DNA from: Nitrospirales bacterium
Lineage (GTDB): Bacteria > Nitrospirota > Nitrospiria > Nitrospirales > UBA8639
Assembly (NCBI GenBank): GCA_963422365.1
Contig: OY729426.1
Span: forward strand, 2,304,001 to 2,368,000
DNA: 64,000 nt
Direction of reading: 5' to 3'
In this document: positions 19,852 to 31,360 of the stretch, piece after piece
Layout: each line of letters starts with the position of its first letter
Numbering within the stretch: position 1 is the stretch's first letter
Notes under the pieces: model-generated
What the model saw: the letters and a program-made list of their open reading frames with translations, nothing else
Database searches by the model: none
Told to the model about the DNA's origin: nothing
Position numbers and translations under genes: made by a program

Positions 19852-20640
19852 GATAAGACGCATTGGAAGACTGACCGTTATCATCGTGGGGTGCCTCACG
19901 TTTTGTACCTCCCCTGCCCTAGCCGAAGACGGCCATTCAATATCTCGATCAGCCGGATGCCCTCGCACCACGACTCGCAGAAAAATTTCAATGGGTGATC
20001 AGTAAAGCCTCGACCAAACCTAAACGCAAGGGGGGCTTGCTGGCACGTGACCTCCGGCATGCCCCGATCTCCACCAACGCCGAGATTAAAAAGATGTCGC
20101 CGGATGAGCGAACGGAAGCACTTCAAGCATGATTGGATACCTACATTCAAACCGTAGATGCCTATGGAAGTCTTACGAATCAACCATATTATGAAATGGG
20201 AACAACAACCCTGACAACACCCATGCAGGAGGGACTCGACAACAAAGTTGTACGATATTCGTGTCCGACAGGCCCTTCAGTTGATTGTCGGCGATCCCTA
20301 TTTCTGGGAAAACACAAAAAGCCGTTCGCAGCCTGCTTAATGGAAAAATCTGGAACATCTTAATGGCAAAAATCGATGAACGAAATTGGACCACACGTAC
20401 GCGTGTGGTGCCAAAAGACCAGGCCGTCACGGTCGGGAAACGTGGCAGGGTCATTCAACCTGCCAAGATCCTCGTGAATTACCAGCACACGATGGGGTCA
20501 GAAGAGGGATTTGTATCTTCGGACGCAAAGACTTCCCATAGGAGCATTATCGGCCGAACAACTTGCCCTGGTTCTCGCTTGGGAAATCCAAAGTCAAATC
20601 ACCGAAAAGTCCATCCGAGGCCACGTGACCTAGGATGAAC
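19852..20640 (+). pseudogene. Probable decayed secreted protein (fragments)
   Basis: Signal-peptide-like (I)RRIGRLTVIIVGCLTFCTSPALA-ED beginning at ATA, followed by short coding-like fragments in shifting frames with an in-frame TGA (EALQA*LDTY). No family recognised. Confidence 0.35.
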
Positions 20641-20696
20641 AAACTGCCTCGGAGTGACGCATCAGGAATGCCGACTCGTCCGTCGTTCGCAGGTTC

Positions 20697-21623
20697 TCAT
20701 TGGATTTCTGCCTGTTCACGGTCACGGTACACCGAAAGATACACAGTATCGGCTTTCTTTCTACTCCACGGAAATCGGTATAAGGTTCGAATCTGGCTCG
20801 AGTACTGCCCAATATTGGTCTGTTGCCAGAGCCCCTTTTCAAAATACTGCCTGCCTTCCTGGTCCCTGAGAAATCCTGCAACTCGCTCTTCTGCAAAAAA
20901 ATCGACGGCCCAACTATTCGTCCATATCGGTTGACACTGCTGCACATAGTCATCCACTTGGTAGAGCAGGGCGTGCACCTGTTGCAAGTCGGTCATCACG
21001 GATTCACTGGTGAGGAGAAAAAGCACCTCATGGCCTTGGGGAATGTCAATGAGACCGATAACCCGTTCCACCCTCCTGCAAGCAGATTCATTCATGGCAT
21101 ACACATCCGGCTCGCCGGGATCATCTTTCGGGATGATCATGGTATGGGGAGCATCCTGTTTGCACACCAATTGCAAAGAAGGATGGGAACACTCCCACTG
21201 AAGCTGGACACCAAAGCGCTTCATGTCCTCCAACAGAGTCGGGAGTAGATGGTTTAAGACCAACTTGCCTTGGACCGACTCGCCCGGCACAAGGCGAATG
21301 CTTCGTGCTCCGAACTTTCCGGGGAAAGAGTGTTGATCAAGGAGACTGTGTCGAGAATCCATTCGAAACGCCAAAATCCACTGAGCATCATTCGGTGGAA
21401 TCCAGGGCAAGTCACGAAGATTCACGGTCATCGGTTCAGGGTTCCTATTGGTCAAATGGATGTGAATTTCGTACACATGTTCCATGGGCTTCTTCAGAAA
21501 GACTTCCATGGCCAATGGAAAGCGAGATCCTTGTCCAGGATCCACGGTCTGACCAAGTGAGGTGGGTAGAACACCCAGCAACCCGAAGTAAACAACAAAT
21601 GGAGTCCACAGAACTCGTTTCAT
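20697..21623 (-). CDS. Secreted hypothetical protein
   Basis: 308-aa ORF with an N-terminal signal-like segment and a beta-rich HLTNRNPEPMTV...LVPGESVQG region. Confidence 0.7.
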   Translation of the reverse strand: MKRVLWTPFVVYFGLLGVLPTSLGQTVDPGQGSRFPLAMEVFLKKPMEHVYEIHIHLTNRNPEPMTVNLRDLPWIPPNDAQWILAFRMDSRHSLLDQHSFPGKFGARSIRLVPGESVQGKLVLNHLLPTLLEDMKRFGVQLQWECSHPSLQLVCKQDAPHTMIIPKDDPGEPDVYAMNESACRRVERVIGLIDIPQGHEVLFLLTSESVMTDLQQVHALLYQVDDYVQQCQPIWTNSWAVDFFAEERVAGFLRDQEGRQYFEKGLWQQTNIGQYSSQIRTLYRFPWSRKKADTVYLSVYRDREQAEIQ

Positions 21624-21870
21624 GGTGCTATCCGACGCATATTGGTTAGCAGGTGCCTGCTTTTAGCAGGATTTACTCTCTCAAAGAACCGTTCACAAGA
21701 TAGGGCGAGATCGAGTAAATGGTCAAATTGTTGCCTCACCATCTTCCACGATGCAGACCCAGTAGGGATTGAAAGAGTTTTTCAATAAACAGCTAGGCGA
21801 CCAGGGGGCGCATTTTCCATCTTTTCTAGACTGTCATCCTTTCTCTACGCTATGATACTATGAAGTATAG

Positions 21871-23700
21871 ATGGCTCGTGAAATAATTTTCGCCGATTCC
21901 GCCATGGATGGTGTTTTTCCCTGCCTATTCATGAATACACACGCCGAAGCCCATATTCAAATATCGTCCGCGTGGCTGAGATGGCATTGTCACATCACGG
22001 TCATGCTCTGTGTCATCCTTCTCGTGACGTGGGCGCCGATGACCCACACGTTGGCTCATGATCAACAACTCGATGCAATCGAAGTAATCACCGAGCTCGT
22101 GGAAGCCAAGTGGATGGATGGCGCCCCCAACCGCGCGTTGCATATCCTTGACCAAGGGATTCAAGACTATCCGCACGCTGTGAGGCTACAAAAATTACAG
22201 GGTGATATTCTTGCTACAACATCCCGTCACCACCAAGAAGCTGTCGAGGCCTATGATGCGATCCTCACAACGAACCCAGAGGCTTTGGATGTACGCTGGG
22301 CTAAATGGAGCGTATTGCTCCGCTCAGGACAGCAAGATCAAGCCATCGCCGAATTTCAACGTATTGCTCAGCTAGATGCGAATAATCCCCTGGCGTCCCT
22401 TCGGCTCGCGCAAGAACTCCGAAAAGTCAATCGCCTGGAGGAATCCCTGGAGTGGTATGAAAAAGCCGTCGACATGGTTCCTGACATGCCAGGGTGGCGG
22501 TTGGCGCTTGCCCGGGCCAAGCTTGATATCTTGGATGGTCCGGGTGCACGCGACGAAGTCATACGCGTCTTACAAATGGTCAAACCCGGTTCTCCCGAAG
22601 AAGCGGCTGCCCACAGTCTGAGGTCGGTGGTCTATGGCGCTACCAAAGAACGAGGCCGCCGCTTCGAGCCTATATTGAGCCCTGGAGGTTCCGCAGCAAC
22701 GCTCAAAGAATGGTCCTCTATCCGTGCACATGCTTGGGAACTGTTCGACGCAGGTCGCTATGAAGAGGCCGAGCCGGTTTATCGAAAAATTCTAGCCCTC
22801 AAACCCAGCGATTACGCCGCGACCCATGAATTAGGGATGACCTTACTGGCGCTTGAGCGATGCAAAGAAGCCATAACGGTGTTTGAAACAATATCGAGGT
22901 TGGATCCATCGGATGAAGTCTACGCGGATACGTTTTTCCGAGTAGGCCGATGTTTGATGAAGCTGGAACAGTGGTCTGAAGCCTTACTCTATTTTGAAAT
23001 ACTCTATGAGGCCGCCGCTGAGTTTGATGAAAGCACGAAAGATGTTCCCCTCAAAGCCGATCTGAGGATTCTGAACAAAGAAGAACTGGCGGCATGGATC
23101 GAAAGGGTGAAAGAACGTATTCCCAGCAAAATAAACCCCAAGCCTGATGCGAACGCGCGTATTCCCCCTGTCGATGCCAAGACCCCAGCCCCTCTTACCG
23201 AGGAAGCACTCTATCACCGAATAGCGACACAGCCGCTCACCCCTGAGAAACAGATTTACAAACGGGCTTCTCTGATGGGGCGAGATGCAGATTTCAGCAT
23301 GTTTCGATATGTCATCCCGTCCACCCGCGTCATGCGGGATGATAGACCCACTGGCACCCATGAATTTATCCCCATTGAGCCACACGACACCTTCCCGAGC
23401 ACCCAGGAAGAAATTTATTTGGTGTATGGACTCGTGACCGCCTCCTATGATGAGATGCCACTCAGCGTGGAATGTTTTCTTGAGACATCAAAAACAAACG
23501 CGAATCAAATACCATTGGCCCGGGACCACGTCATCATGAACATGGGTGACCAGTCCGGCTATTTTATCATCACCCAGCCTGAATCGGGATGGACTCCTGG
23601 ACTCCACCGATGTGGATTCTTTGTCGGCAGTGAATCGTCGGCCTATACGCATGCTGACGAGGTCAGGTTTCGCATCATTCAGATCCCTCAATCTTCGTGA
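21871..23700 (+). CDS. Exported tetratricopeptide-repeat protein with C-terminal beta domain
   Basis: Multiple TPR units (EAVEAYDAIL, AIAEFQRIAQLD, SLEWYEKAVDMVP, AEPVYRKILALKP) and C-terminal GWTPGLHRCGFFV. Hydrophobic leader; true start may be downstream. Confidence 0.85.
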   Translation: MAREIIFADSAMDGVFPCLFMNTHAEAHIQISSAWLRWHCHITVMLCVILLVTWAPMTHTLAHDQQLDAIEVITELVEAKWMDGAPNRALHILDQGIQDYPHAVRLQKLQGDILATTSRHHQEAVEAYDAILTTNPEALDVRWAKWSVLLRSGQQDQAIAEFQRIAQLDANNPLASLRLAQELRKVNRLEESLEWYEKAVDMVPDMPGWRLALARAKLDILDGPGARDEVIRVLQMVKPGSPEEAAAHSLRSVVYGATKERGRRFEPILSPGGSAATLKEWSSIRAHAWELFDAGRYEEAEPVYRKILALKPSDYAATHELGMTLLALERCKEAITVFETISRLDPSDEVYADTFFRVGRCLMKLEQWSEALLYFEILYEAAAEFDESTKDVPLKADLRILNKEELAAWIERVKERIPSKINPKPDANARIPPVDAKTPAPLTEEALYHRIATQPLTPEKQIYKRASLMGRDADFSMFRYVIPSTRVMRDDRPTGTHEFIPIEPHDTFPSTQEEIYLVYGLVTASYDEMPLSVECFLETSKTNANQIPLARDHVIMNMGDQSGYFIITQPESGWTPGLHRCGFFVGSESSAYTHADEVRFRIIQIPQSS

Positions 23701-23934
23701 CCGGTGCAGAGACACATTGTCCACCAGAAAGAGTCTTTCCACCAAATGATGCTCACTAGAAGGGACTCCCCTTGCACTACAAAGCATCGGCATGGTTTGG
23801 TAAGTTCATCGCTTTCACGGAGAGTTTGCACGCATGTTTTCTCCTCTGCTTGCTGGAACGCAACAGAATCTGGTAATCCATCCTTGTAGGTATTCACCCT
23901 ACCAAAAACGGTTACGCTGACATCATCGGGCGAA

Positions 23935-24552
23935 ATGATTGAACTCTTGAAAAAGCACCTTGTGGGAGCTGTTGTTTTCTGGATGGCGTGGGGGTCCTGC
24001 GTTAACACGTTCGCTGGTGAAGCGACCCACGTCGTGACCGAACTCCAGGAATCAATCATGACCATTATGAAAGAAGGACGCAGCCTCAGCTATACAGGTC
24101 GCTATCAAATCATCTCTCCCACGGTGGAAAAAACACACGACCTGGATAATATCGCACAGCTGGCCGTTGGAAGACATTGGAAAGGGCTCAATGCAACGCA
24201 GAAATCCACCTTTATCGAGACGTTCCGAGAATTAAGTATTTCTATGTATGCTGGACGTTTCAAAGACTATGGCGGAGAGCAATTCAACATTCTTTCAGAA
24301 AAATCTTTAAAAAGAGGCAATCGTACACTTGTCACAAGCCATTTCGTGAAACCTGACGGCGAGAAAATGACATTCACCTACATCTTGCATCTGATTCGTG
24401 ACCAGTGGAAAATTATCAATGTTAGCGTAAACGGTGTCAGCGAGTTGGCCTTGAAACGTGCCGAATATGCGGGAATTTTGCGAAACATGGGGTTCCCAAC
24501 CCTCATTCAACGCCTGAAAACCCAGATTCGAGAAAATGCGCATGGACGCTAG
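23935..24552 (+). CDS. hpnM: MlaC/HpnM-family periplasmic lipid-binding protein
   Basis: LAVGRHW...YAGRFKDYGGEQF...WKIINVSVNGVSELALKRAEY. Next to hpnN-like and vacJ-like genes. Confidence 0.8.
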   Translation: MIELLKKHLVGAVVFWMAWGSCVNTFAGEATHVVTELQESIMTIMKEGRSLSYTGRYQIISPTVEKTHDLDNIAQLAVGRHWKGLNATQKSTFIETFRELSISMYAGRFKDYGGEQFNILSEKSLKRGNRTLVTSHFVKPDGEKMTFTYILHLIRDQWKIINVSVNGVSELALKRAEYAGILRNMGFPTLIQRLKTQIRENAHGR

Positions 24553-24585
24553 CTCGCATAAGCGTTTAGAGTCTCTGATGATTTC

Positions 24586-25728
24586 ATGAGAGGCATGATG
24601 AATTCCATGAGGAAAATGAAACAGGCCACCACCATACTGTGGTTGACAGTTGGCTGGTCGGTGTTCATCGTTATGACGGGGTGCGCAACGACTCAATCCA
24701 CTGAACTTCAGGTCTCAGATAACGATCCGCTGGAATCGGTGAATCGACCGATATACTGGGTCAATGACTTTCTCGATCGGACGATTGCCGAACCGGTCGT
24801 TGATGTCTATATCAATTATGCCCCACAGCCGGTCCAGGAAAGTGTTTCTAATTTTTTCGATAATGTGAGTTACCCGAATGTCATCTTGAATGACTTTCTC
24901 CAGGGGAAGGGAATTCAAGGACTCAAGGATTCAGGTCGGTTTCTTGTGAACTCAACTTTTGGGTTCTTCGGAATTTGGGACATGGCCACGCCTCTTGGTC
25001 TCGAAGCCCATGATGAAGATTTTGGACAAACCTTAGGCGTATGGGGTATGGACGAGAGCCTCTATTTGGTTCTTCCTTTTATCGGCCCCAGCTCTATCAG
25101 AGATGCCCCGAATTTAGGTATCACTACCGTCGCCAATATTCTGTTCTATATGAGCAACCCCGTCGTGGTGCCCGTTGCCCTTTTAGGATTTATTGATAAA
25201 CGGGCGAAAATGGAGGAGGCCATCACCTTTCGGGATAAGACTGCGGTCGAGCCCTATCTCTTTACGCGAGAAGCGTATCTGCAACATCGGAAATTCCTGA
25301 TCTACGATGGGGATCCGCCCATTGACGACGACTTTTCCTTTGACGACCCCTTTACCGATCGTGAAGTTGAAGAAGAGGGGTCTCTTCAAGAAGAGGCAGC
25401 CAAGCTCAAGAATCCCTCGACCCGAAAACTTGAGACCTTGTTGACTCCAAAACAGGTCTCATTGCAGACCCTACGCCCGTCACCCTTTCTGTTCGATCCT
25501 CCTTTCTTTCCATCCCTATTTGGGAATCATTCCTATTCACTGACGCCCCACCACCCTCTCTGCTCCAATTCAACCATAAGAGCGGGAAGAATCACCAACG
25601 CACAGACCAGGGCCAAGATCAAAACCACTACCAGCAAGACGCCCAAACTTGCCATGCCTGGATGGTGTGAAAACCCAAGAGCTCCAAAAGAAGCCATCGT
25701 GGTTAAGGCACTACAGAGCACAGCGTGA
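24586..25728 (+). CDS. mlaA: VacJ/MlaA family lipoprotein (abnormally long tail overlapping hpnN)
   Basis: Lipobox MTGC, DPLESVNR, RFLVNSTFG, EDFGQTLGVWG, YLVLPFIGPSSIRD, REAYLQHR. Confidence 0.88.
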   Translation: MRGMMNSMRKMKQATTILWLTVGWSVFIVMTGCATTQSTELQVSDNDPLESVNRPIYWVNDFLDRTIAEPVVDVYINYAPQPVQESVSNFFDNVSYPNVILNDFLQGKGIQGLKDSGRFLVNSTFGFFGIWDMATPLGLEAHDEDFGQTLGVWGMDESLYLVLPFIGPSSIRDAPNLGITTVANILFYMSNPVVVPVALLGFIDKRAKMEEAITFRDKTAVEPYLFTREAYLQHRKFLIYDGDPPIDDDFSFDDPFTDREVEEEGSLQEEAAKLKNPSTRKLETLLTPKQVSLQTLRPSPFLFDPPFFPSLFGNHSYSLTPHHPLCSNSTIRAGRITNAQTRAKIKTTTSKTPKLAMPGWCENPRAPKEAIVVKALQSTA

Positions 25729-28196
25729 GACGTACTGCTCTGTAATACTTGGACAATGGAGCGCGAGCCACCTTCCTGTTTCCGCAGGATAAGATAAATG
25801 CCGAAGGCAACCCCCAAGCCAAGGACCAAGGGCAAGGCAATCACGTTTGCCAAATTCAGGGGAACTCCCAACGCCAAACAGGTGGCGACCGTTAACAAGA
25901 GCGTTAAGACCAGGGGTAAGAGGACGAAGAGAGTGTCTCCCAGGCGTCGAAGCACCACAAGCAGCAACAAGGCAGAAACCACGATGGCCAATATGGTCGC
26001 TTGGATACAGGCATCAATGATCGTTTGCCCTCCTTCCAGAATACTCACGGGCGAACCGATCGCATGAGGAGCCATCTGCTGCACACTCGATACGAATCGG
26101 CGCAACGCCTGATTCTCCTCGACATTTCGAGCAGGGAAGACCTCAACACGAGTCCGACCATCTTGAGAAAAATAATAGCTCGTTAAGCTTTCCGGTAACG
26201 TCTGCAACGTCATCTCATCTGCAGACAGTAACCCTCGCAATCGTTCAAGCCACTTCGGAAGGTTTCCCATGAGCCTGCTACGGAGATCATTCACGAAAAG
26301 GGTCGATCCGCGAGAACTGTGAAGAAGGTCATCGATCGATTGCATGAGGGTTTTCAGATTTTTACCAAGATCACCCTGCCACGTTTTGGGTTCATGAACG
26401 CCAAGGGCGTCGCGAAACTCTTTCATGGCCTGCACCTCTTCATCCTCACTGGGAGCATCGACTGCCGCCTGAGGAGTGAGGACAGGCTCCAGCACCAAAC
26501 TCATCTCATCAATAATGGCTAACTTTTCTTCTTGGTCACGAGGAACGAAACTTGAAAGCGTGATGACTCGATCGACTTCAGGGACCAATCGAAGACGGTC
26601 CGCCAACGCATCAGCATCAGATAAATTTTGGGCTAACACCTGGATGACATAGGGAGAGGTCTCTGGGTCTGCCAGCAATTCTTGAAAGGTTGATACTCCT
26701 TCAGTCGAAGAATCCCGAAGGTGTAAGGCATTAAAATCAAATTGCAACCGTGGCACCATGATAACGGCGACGAACGCCACAGGAATCAAAACCCCAAGAA
26801 TCACCCGCCGATATCGAATGATTGAACCCAGAACCAGACTGTCTGACGAATCGCCTTCTGCAAGTTTCGTGAAAATCGAAGCACGGGAACAAGAAAGCGG
26901 AAACAAGGTCAGCAGTGCCGGGAAAACCGTGAGATTCGCAAATAAAGCGATACACATACCGACACCAGCAATGAGCCCCATTTCTGCAAACCCTCGATAT
27001 GATGTCGGGAGGAAAGAAAAAAAACTTAAGGCCGCGGCAATCGCAGCGAGAGTCAGCGCCCCACCGACGCCAGCGACCGCACGTCGTAAGGCTACCTCGT
27101 GATCGCCGACTTGTGAAAATTCTTCACGATACCGCATGCCAAACTGAATGCCAAAATCCACGCCAAGCCCAATAAACAACACTGGCACGGATGCAGAAAT
27201 AAAATTCAACGAGCCTACGGCCACCACCACAAATACGGCTGTCCACAGTAATCCCATCACAAGCGTACACAGCATCGCACCCACGAGCCGTAGAGACCGA
27301 AAGCCGACAATCAAGACGAAAGACACTAAGCCCAACGACAAACTCGCCGCCAACCCAGCACCTCGGGCAATCGTTTCTCGCTCTTCCGCTTCAATCGGAA
27401 TAGAGCCCGTCAGTCGAATTCGAATACCGAATCGATCTTCAAGATCAGCACTGTGCTGGCGAAGAAATCTTAGCGGTCCTCTCGACGCTTCCAAGCTCGA
27501 ATAATCCAGCCGTGGCTTCACCAAAAGGAACCTGCGTGACGGATCATTTTTGCTTGTCACGTCTTCAAGCATGGCCTGCTGCCAGGACGCGGGCACAGGC
27601 TTCCCGAGTCGTTGGGCTTCAATCGCCTCGCTCAAGAGTGCCAACGCGTTGGCCAGGACCTTCTGTTGCTCGGGTGTCGGGTCCTCTTCCAACGCCATGG
27701 TGAGAATGGAAAAGAACCCTCGAAGACTTGGATCATGCACGAGCGTCCCCAAGAAAGGCTCCCATTTGGCAAGACGTGCATCCAAGCGCCAGAGTTCGTC
27801 GACATCGAAATACAGCAGTCCATATTTATCAAAAAAAATATCCTGCTGAGGTTGATACACCGATGAAAAGAACGAAGGTTGTTGTTCCAGAAGTTTTGCT
27901 AATGCGTGAACCGCCTCACGTCGGTGCGCAGGAGAACCTTGATCGACGACGACGACAATCAAATCATCAAGTTGCGGAAACGCCGCAAAGAAGTCTCGTT
28001 GTAACTTCCGGAAGTGAAGATCCGGATCCAATAAATGCACGGGATCCGTATCAAGGGTCAGGTTCTTCACGGTATACACCGCGGACAGGCCCGTGACGAC
28101 AAAGGCTCCAATCACAACCCATACGGCCGCTCGACGACAGTGATCCACCAACCAAACCAGAAAGGCCTGATAGCCGTATCCGATCCGATCAAGCAT
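25533..28196 (-). CDS. hpnN: MMPL/RND hopanoid transporter (HpnN-like)
   Basis: LFIGLGVDFGIQFGMRYREE, FLPTSYRGFAEMG, FDFNALHLRD, NLANVIALPLVLGLGVAFGIY, SHHPGMASLG. Confidence 0.88.
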   Translation of the reverse strand: MLDRIGYGYQAFLVWLVDHCRRAAVWVVIGAFVVTGLSAVYTVKNLTLDTDPVHLLDPDLHFRKLQRDFFAAFPQLDDLIVVVVDQGSPAHRREAVHALAKLLEQQPSFFSSVYQPQQDIFFDKYGLLYFDVDELWRLDARLAKWEPFLGTLVHDPSLRGFFSILTMALEEDPTPEQQKVLANALALLSEAIEAQRLGKPVPASWQQAMLEDVTSKNDPSRRFLLVKPRLDYSSLEASRGPLRFLRQHSADLEDRFGIRIRLTGSIPIEAEERETIARGAGLAASLSLGLVSFVLIVGFRSLRLVGAMLCTLVMGLLWTAVFVVVAVGSLNFISASVPVLFIGLGVDFGIQFGMRYREEFSQVGDHEVALRRAVAGVGGALTLAAIAAALSFFSFLPTSYRGFAEMGLIAGVGMCIALFANLTVFPALLTLFPLSCSRASIFTKLAEGDSSDSLVLGSIIRYRRVILGVLIPVAFVAVIMVPRLQFDFNALHLRDSSTEGVSTFQELLADPETSPYVIQVLAQNLSDADALADRLRLVPEVDRVITLSSFVPRDQEEKLAIIDEMSLVLEPVLTPQAAVDAPSEDEEVQAMKEFRDALGVHEPKTWQGDLGKNLKTLMQSIDDLLHSSRGSTLFVNDLRSRLMGNLPKWLERLRGLLSADEMTLQTLPESLTSYYFSQDGRTRVEVFPARNVEENQALRRFVSSVQQMAPHAIGSPVSILEGGQTIIDACIQATILAIVVSALLLLVVLRRLGDTLFVLLPLVLTLLLTVATCLALGVPLNLANVIALPLVLGLGVAFGIYLILRKQEGGSRSIVQVLQSSTSHAVLCSALTTMASFGALGFSHHPGMASLGVLLVVVLILALVCALVILPALMVELEQRGWWGVSE

Positions 28197-28752
28197 GGCG
28201 ACTCACCCCCCTTGACATGACCATTCCCTAAGGACAAAGGGAACGGCTTAATGGTTCCCTAAATTTTCACAGACGCATGACCATCGGTTCCGTAAAATGC
28301 AAGCTTCCATCACTAACGCTCACATGTCTGAAGGGAAAATCTCAATCAATCCAATGGATGGGAGTACCGAGGGCAGATGTGGTGGGAAAGGACATTGCTA
28401 GACAAGAAAACAACATTGCCATACTCACATGAGGCACCCCAACCTCATACGCGACTGATTACCATCAATGCATCCGTTTCCCAAGGGTTTCTGATCCGGA
28501 TCACCCCTAGTCTCCTGCAAGACCGCTCTCATTAGCCCCTGATGTCGTTCCACCTGCTCGACCGTCTCGGCGTATGGCTGGGAAGACACCTGGGAAGCCT
28601 AGGACGGACGCCTTGTCAGGGTGGTGCTTCCACTGTCTTGCAACAACCACGTGTGGGAAATCTTGGCTGGAGTGTACCACACAATGTCGATTTTCTACAC
28701 GAAAGCCGTAATCGATTTTGATTCGTGGCAGTTGGTTCATAGAAGAGAACCT

Positions 28753-31131
28753 CTACAACCTTAATCGCCTGAGCCGCAACGCATTCGCAATGACAGACAC
28801 CGAGCTAAACGTCATCGCGACGCTGGCAATGATGGGGCTTAGAAGAAGACCCCAAAAAGGATAGAGGACACCTGCGGCAATTGGCACACCGAGAGAATTA
28901 TAGACAAACGCACAGAAAAGATTTTGTCGGATATTCCTCATCATGGCTGTACTTAAGGTCCGGGCACGGGCGACACCTCGAAGGTCGCCTTTCACTAAAG
29001 TAATGCCTGCACTTTCCATAGCCACATCGGTACCCGTTCCCATGGCAATGCCAACATCGGCTTCAGCAAGGGCTGGAGCATCATTGATGCCATCCCCCGC
29101 CATCGCCACCACGTAGGCTTTTTTTTGCAATTGCTTCACCACTTGTTGCTTCTGTTCGGGAAGGACTTCTGCCTGAATGTCTTGCAACCCTAATTGTCGA
29201 CCCACGGCTTCGGCGGTCTGTCGATGATCCCCCGTGACCATGATGATTTTGAGTCCATCGCGTTTCAGCAAATGAACCGCTTCGGCCGTGCTGGCCTTGA
29301 TCGGATCGATGACACCGATGATACCGGCCGGACACCCATCAACGGCCACAAACACGACGGTTTGCCCTTCTTTTCGAAAAGCATCACTTTGCTTATTGAG
29401 CTCCATCAATTGCTTCGATGGCAACCCCATGTCTCGTTCGAGAAACAGTCGATTTCCTAACGCCACGGTTTTTCCATCAACTTTGCCTTCCACTCCTTGA
29501 CCGGTTTGAGAACGAAATTCTTCGACCTCACTGAAGGGAAGCCCTTGCTCCCTCGCACCGGAAACAATGGCTGAGGCTAAGGGATGTTCGCTGACTCGCT
29601 CGACGCTGGCCGCTAATTGAAGTAGAGCCGTCTCACTCAATCCTGATGCTGGAACGACCGATCGCAAAACAGGTTTCCCCTCCGTTAAGGTGCCCGTTTT
29701 ATCGACTACCAGCACACTCACCTTTTCTAATCTTTCAAGGGCTTCAGCATTTTTAATGAGCACTCCTGCTGTTGCGCCACGTCCCGTGCCAACCATGATC
29801 GACATGGGTGTTGCCAACCCGAGAGCACACGGGCAGGCAATGATAAGGACAGCCACGGCATTCACCAAGGCATAGGCCAACCGAGGCTCTGGCCCGATAC
29901 TCGCCCACACACCAAACGTGACTGCTGCACCCAACACGACGATTGGGACAAAATAGCCGGCTACGACGTCGGCCACCCGCTGGATGGGTGCACGACTGCG
30001 TTGAGCTTCGCTTACCATCTTGACGATCTGCGCCAGCATGGTTTCTTGGCCGACGCGTCTAGCTTCCATCAACACGGTGCCGGTGCCATTCATGGTGCCT
30101 CCTATCACCCAACTCCCTATCCGTTTTTCAACTGGAATAGCTTCGCCCGTAACCATGGATTCATCAACAGATGTTGAGCCTGCCAGCACTTCACCATCGA
30201 CCGGAACTTTTTCTCCAGGACGAATGCGGAGGGGCTCACCGACTTTGACCCGTTCTAAGGGGATGTCCTCTTCCTGGTTTTCATTCCGCACGATTCGTGC
30301 GGTTTGGGGCACTAAGGCAAGAAGGGATTTGAGGGTACCTGTGGTTCGACGGCGTGCCCGAATTTCTAAAACCTGGCCCAAGGCCACTAAGACAAGAATG
30401 ACGGTTGCGGCTTCAAAATACACAGGCACGTGACCGTCCAGGGTGCGGAATGCCTCTGGAAACTTGCCAGGTAAAATCGTTGCCAGCGCACTCGAGAGAT
30501 AGGCTGCTCCCGTGCCCATGGCAATGAGCGTAAACATGTTGAGCCGACGGTTGACGACCGATGCCCACCCGCGTTGAAAGAACGGCAACCCAACCCAGCC
30601 CACCACAGGCGTGGCCAAAAGCAACTGCAGCCAATTGGACAATCGAGGAGAAAGGACGTCCTTCAAGGGCTGACCCGGAATCATCTCGGCCATGGCCAAC
30701 ACGATCACGGGCAACGCCAGTACCAACCCAATCCGAAACCGTCGAGTCATGTCGACGAGTTCTGGATTTTCGCCTTCTTCTAGCGCAACGGTTGCCGGTT
30801 CCAGAGCCATTCCGCAGATGGGGCAAGCCGCTGGCGTATCCGACTTCACTGTCGGACACATCGGGCAGATATATTTGGTCCCTGGCTTGGCTGGTGCATC
30901 GTCCATGGACTGCTTGTACTTGCCACTCAGATACCCGTCCGGATCACCGCAAAACCGTTCTTCACACCTGGGACTACAGAAGTAGTAGGTCGTTCCTCCA
31001 TATTCGTATTTTCCTGCCGCCAATAGAGGGGCCACCGTCATTCCACACACCGGGTCCTGGACCATGGGGACACTGGCCATCATGAGTTCCCGGCGTTTAG
31101 GTTTTGGATGGGATGGGTCGGGGTTCATCAC
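28753..31131 (-). CDS. copA: Cu(I)-translocating P1B-type ATPase with N-terminal YHS and heavy-metal-binding domains
   Basis: DPVCGM/YYFCS (YHS), [54 protein letters not shown] and MxxSS Cu(I) ligands. Confidence 0.95.
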   Translation of the reverse strand: MMNPDPSHPKPKRRELMMASVPMVQDPVCGMTVAPLLAAGKYEYGGTTYYFCSPRCEERFCGDPDGYLSGKYKQSMDDAPAKPGTKYICPMCPTVKSDTPAACPICGMALEPATVALEEGENPELVDMTRRFRIGLVLALPVIVLAMAEMIPGQPLKDVLSPRLSNWLQLLLATPVVGWVGLPFFQRGWASVVNRRLNMFTLIAMGTGAAYLSSALATILPGKFPEAFRTLDGHVPVYFEAATVILVLVALGQVLEIRARRRTTGTLKSLLALVPQTARIVRNENQEEDIPLERVKVGEPLRIRPGEKVPVDGEVLAGSTSVDESMVTGEAIPVEKRIGSWVIGGTMNGTGTVLMEARRVGQETMLAQIVKMVSEAQRSRAPIQRVADVVAGYFVPIVVLGAAVTFGVWASIGPEPRLAYALVNAVAVLIIACPCALGLATPMSIMVGTGRGATAGVLIKNAEALERLEKVSVLVVDKTGTLTEGKPVLRSVVPASGLSETALLQLAASVERVSEHPLASAIVSGAREQGLPFSEVEEFRSQTGQGVEGKVDGKTVALGNRLFLERDMGLPSKQLMELNKQSDAFRKEGQTVVFVAVDGCPAGIIGVIDPIKASTAEAVHLLKRDGLKIIMVTGDHRQTAEAVGRQLGLQDIQAEVLPEQKQQVVKQLQKKAYVVAMAGDGINDAPALAEADVGIAMGTGTDVAMESAGITLVKGDLRGVARARTLSTAMMRNIRQNLFCAFVYNSLGVPIAAGVLYPFWGLLLSPIIASVAMTFSSVSVIANALRLRRLRL

Positions 31132-31360
31132 GATCCTGATCGCTGACTGGTTTGAAGACCATGCTTATTATAACCGACTCCCGACATTTTTCTCAGATCA
31201 AATTCCAATCGCCTTCCCTTGACAAGGGCAATCTTCTCGGGCACCCATCTGAATCCGTTCTTCCCGAACTCTTTAGAGCAGTTTGCCGGATTTGGCAGAC
31301 CTTTTCTTTTCGCAGTATACTCTCTTGAGACCCTTCGACCTTAACGAGAGGAACTTCTTG

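Noticed and set aside
21768..21797. ATTGAAA-N5-TTTCAAT inverted repeat with adjacent sequence resembling an IS end
   Set aside because: No partner terminal repeat, target duplication or transposase found. It could be an operator, but it is too short to support a call.
28507..28740. 77-aa ORF downstream of copA whose N-terminus faintly resembles Rdx/SelW proteins
   Set aside because: No CxxC/CxxU motif and no further similarity; cannot be supported as a gene.
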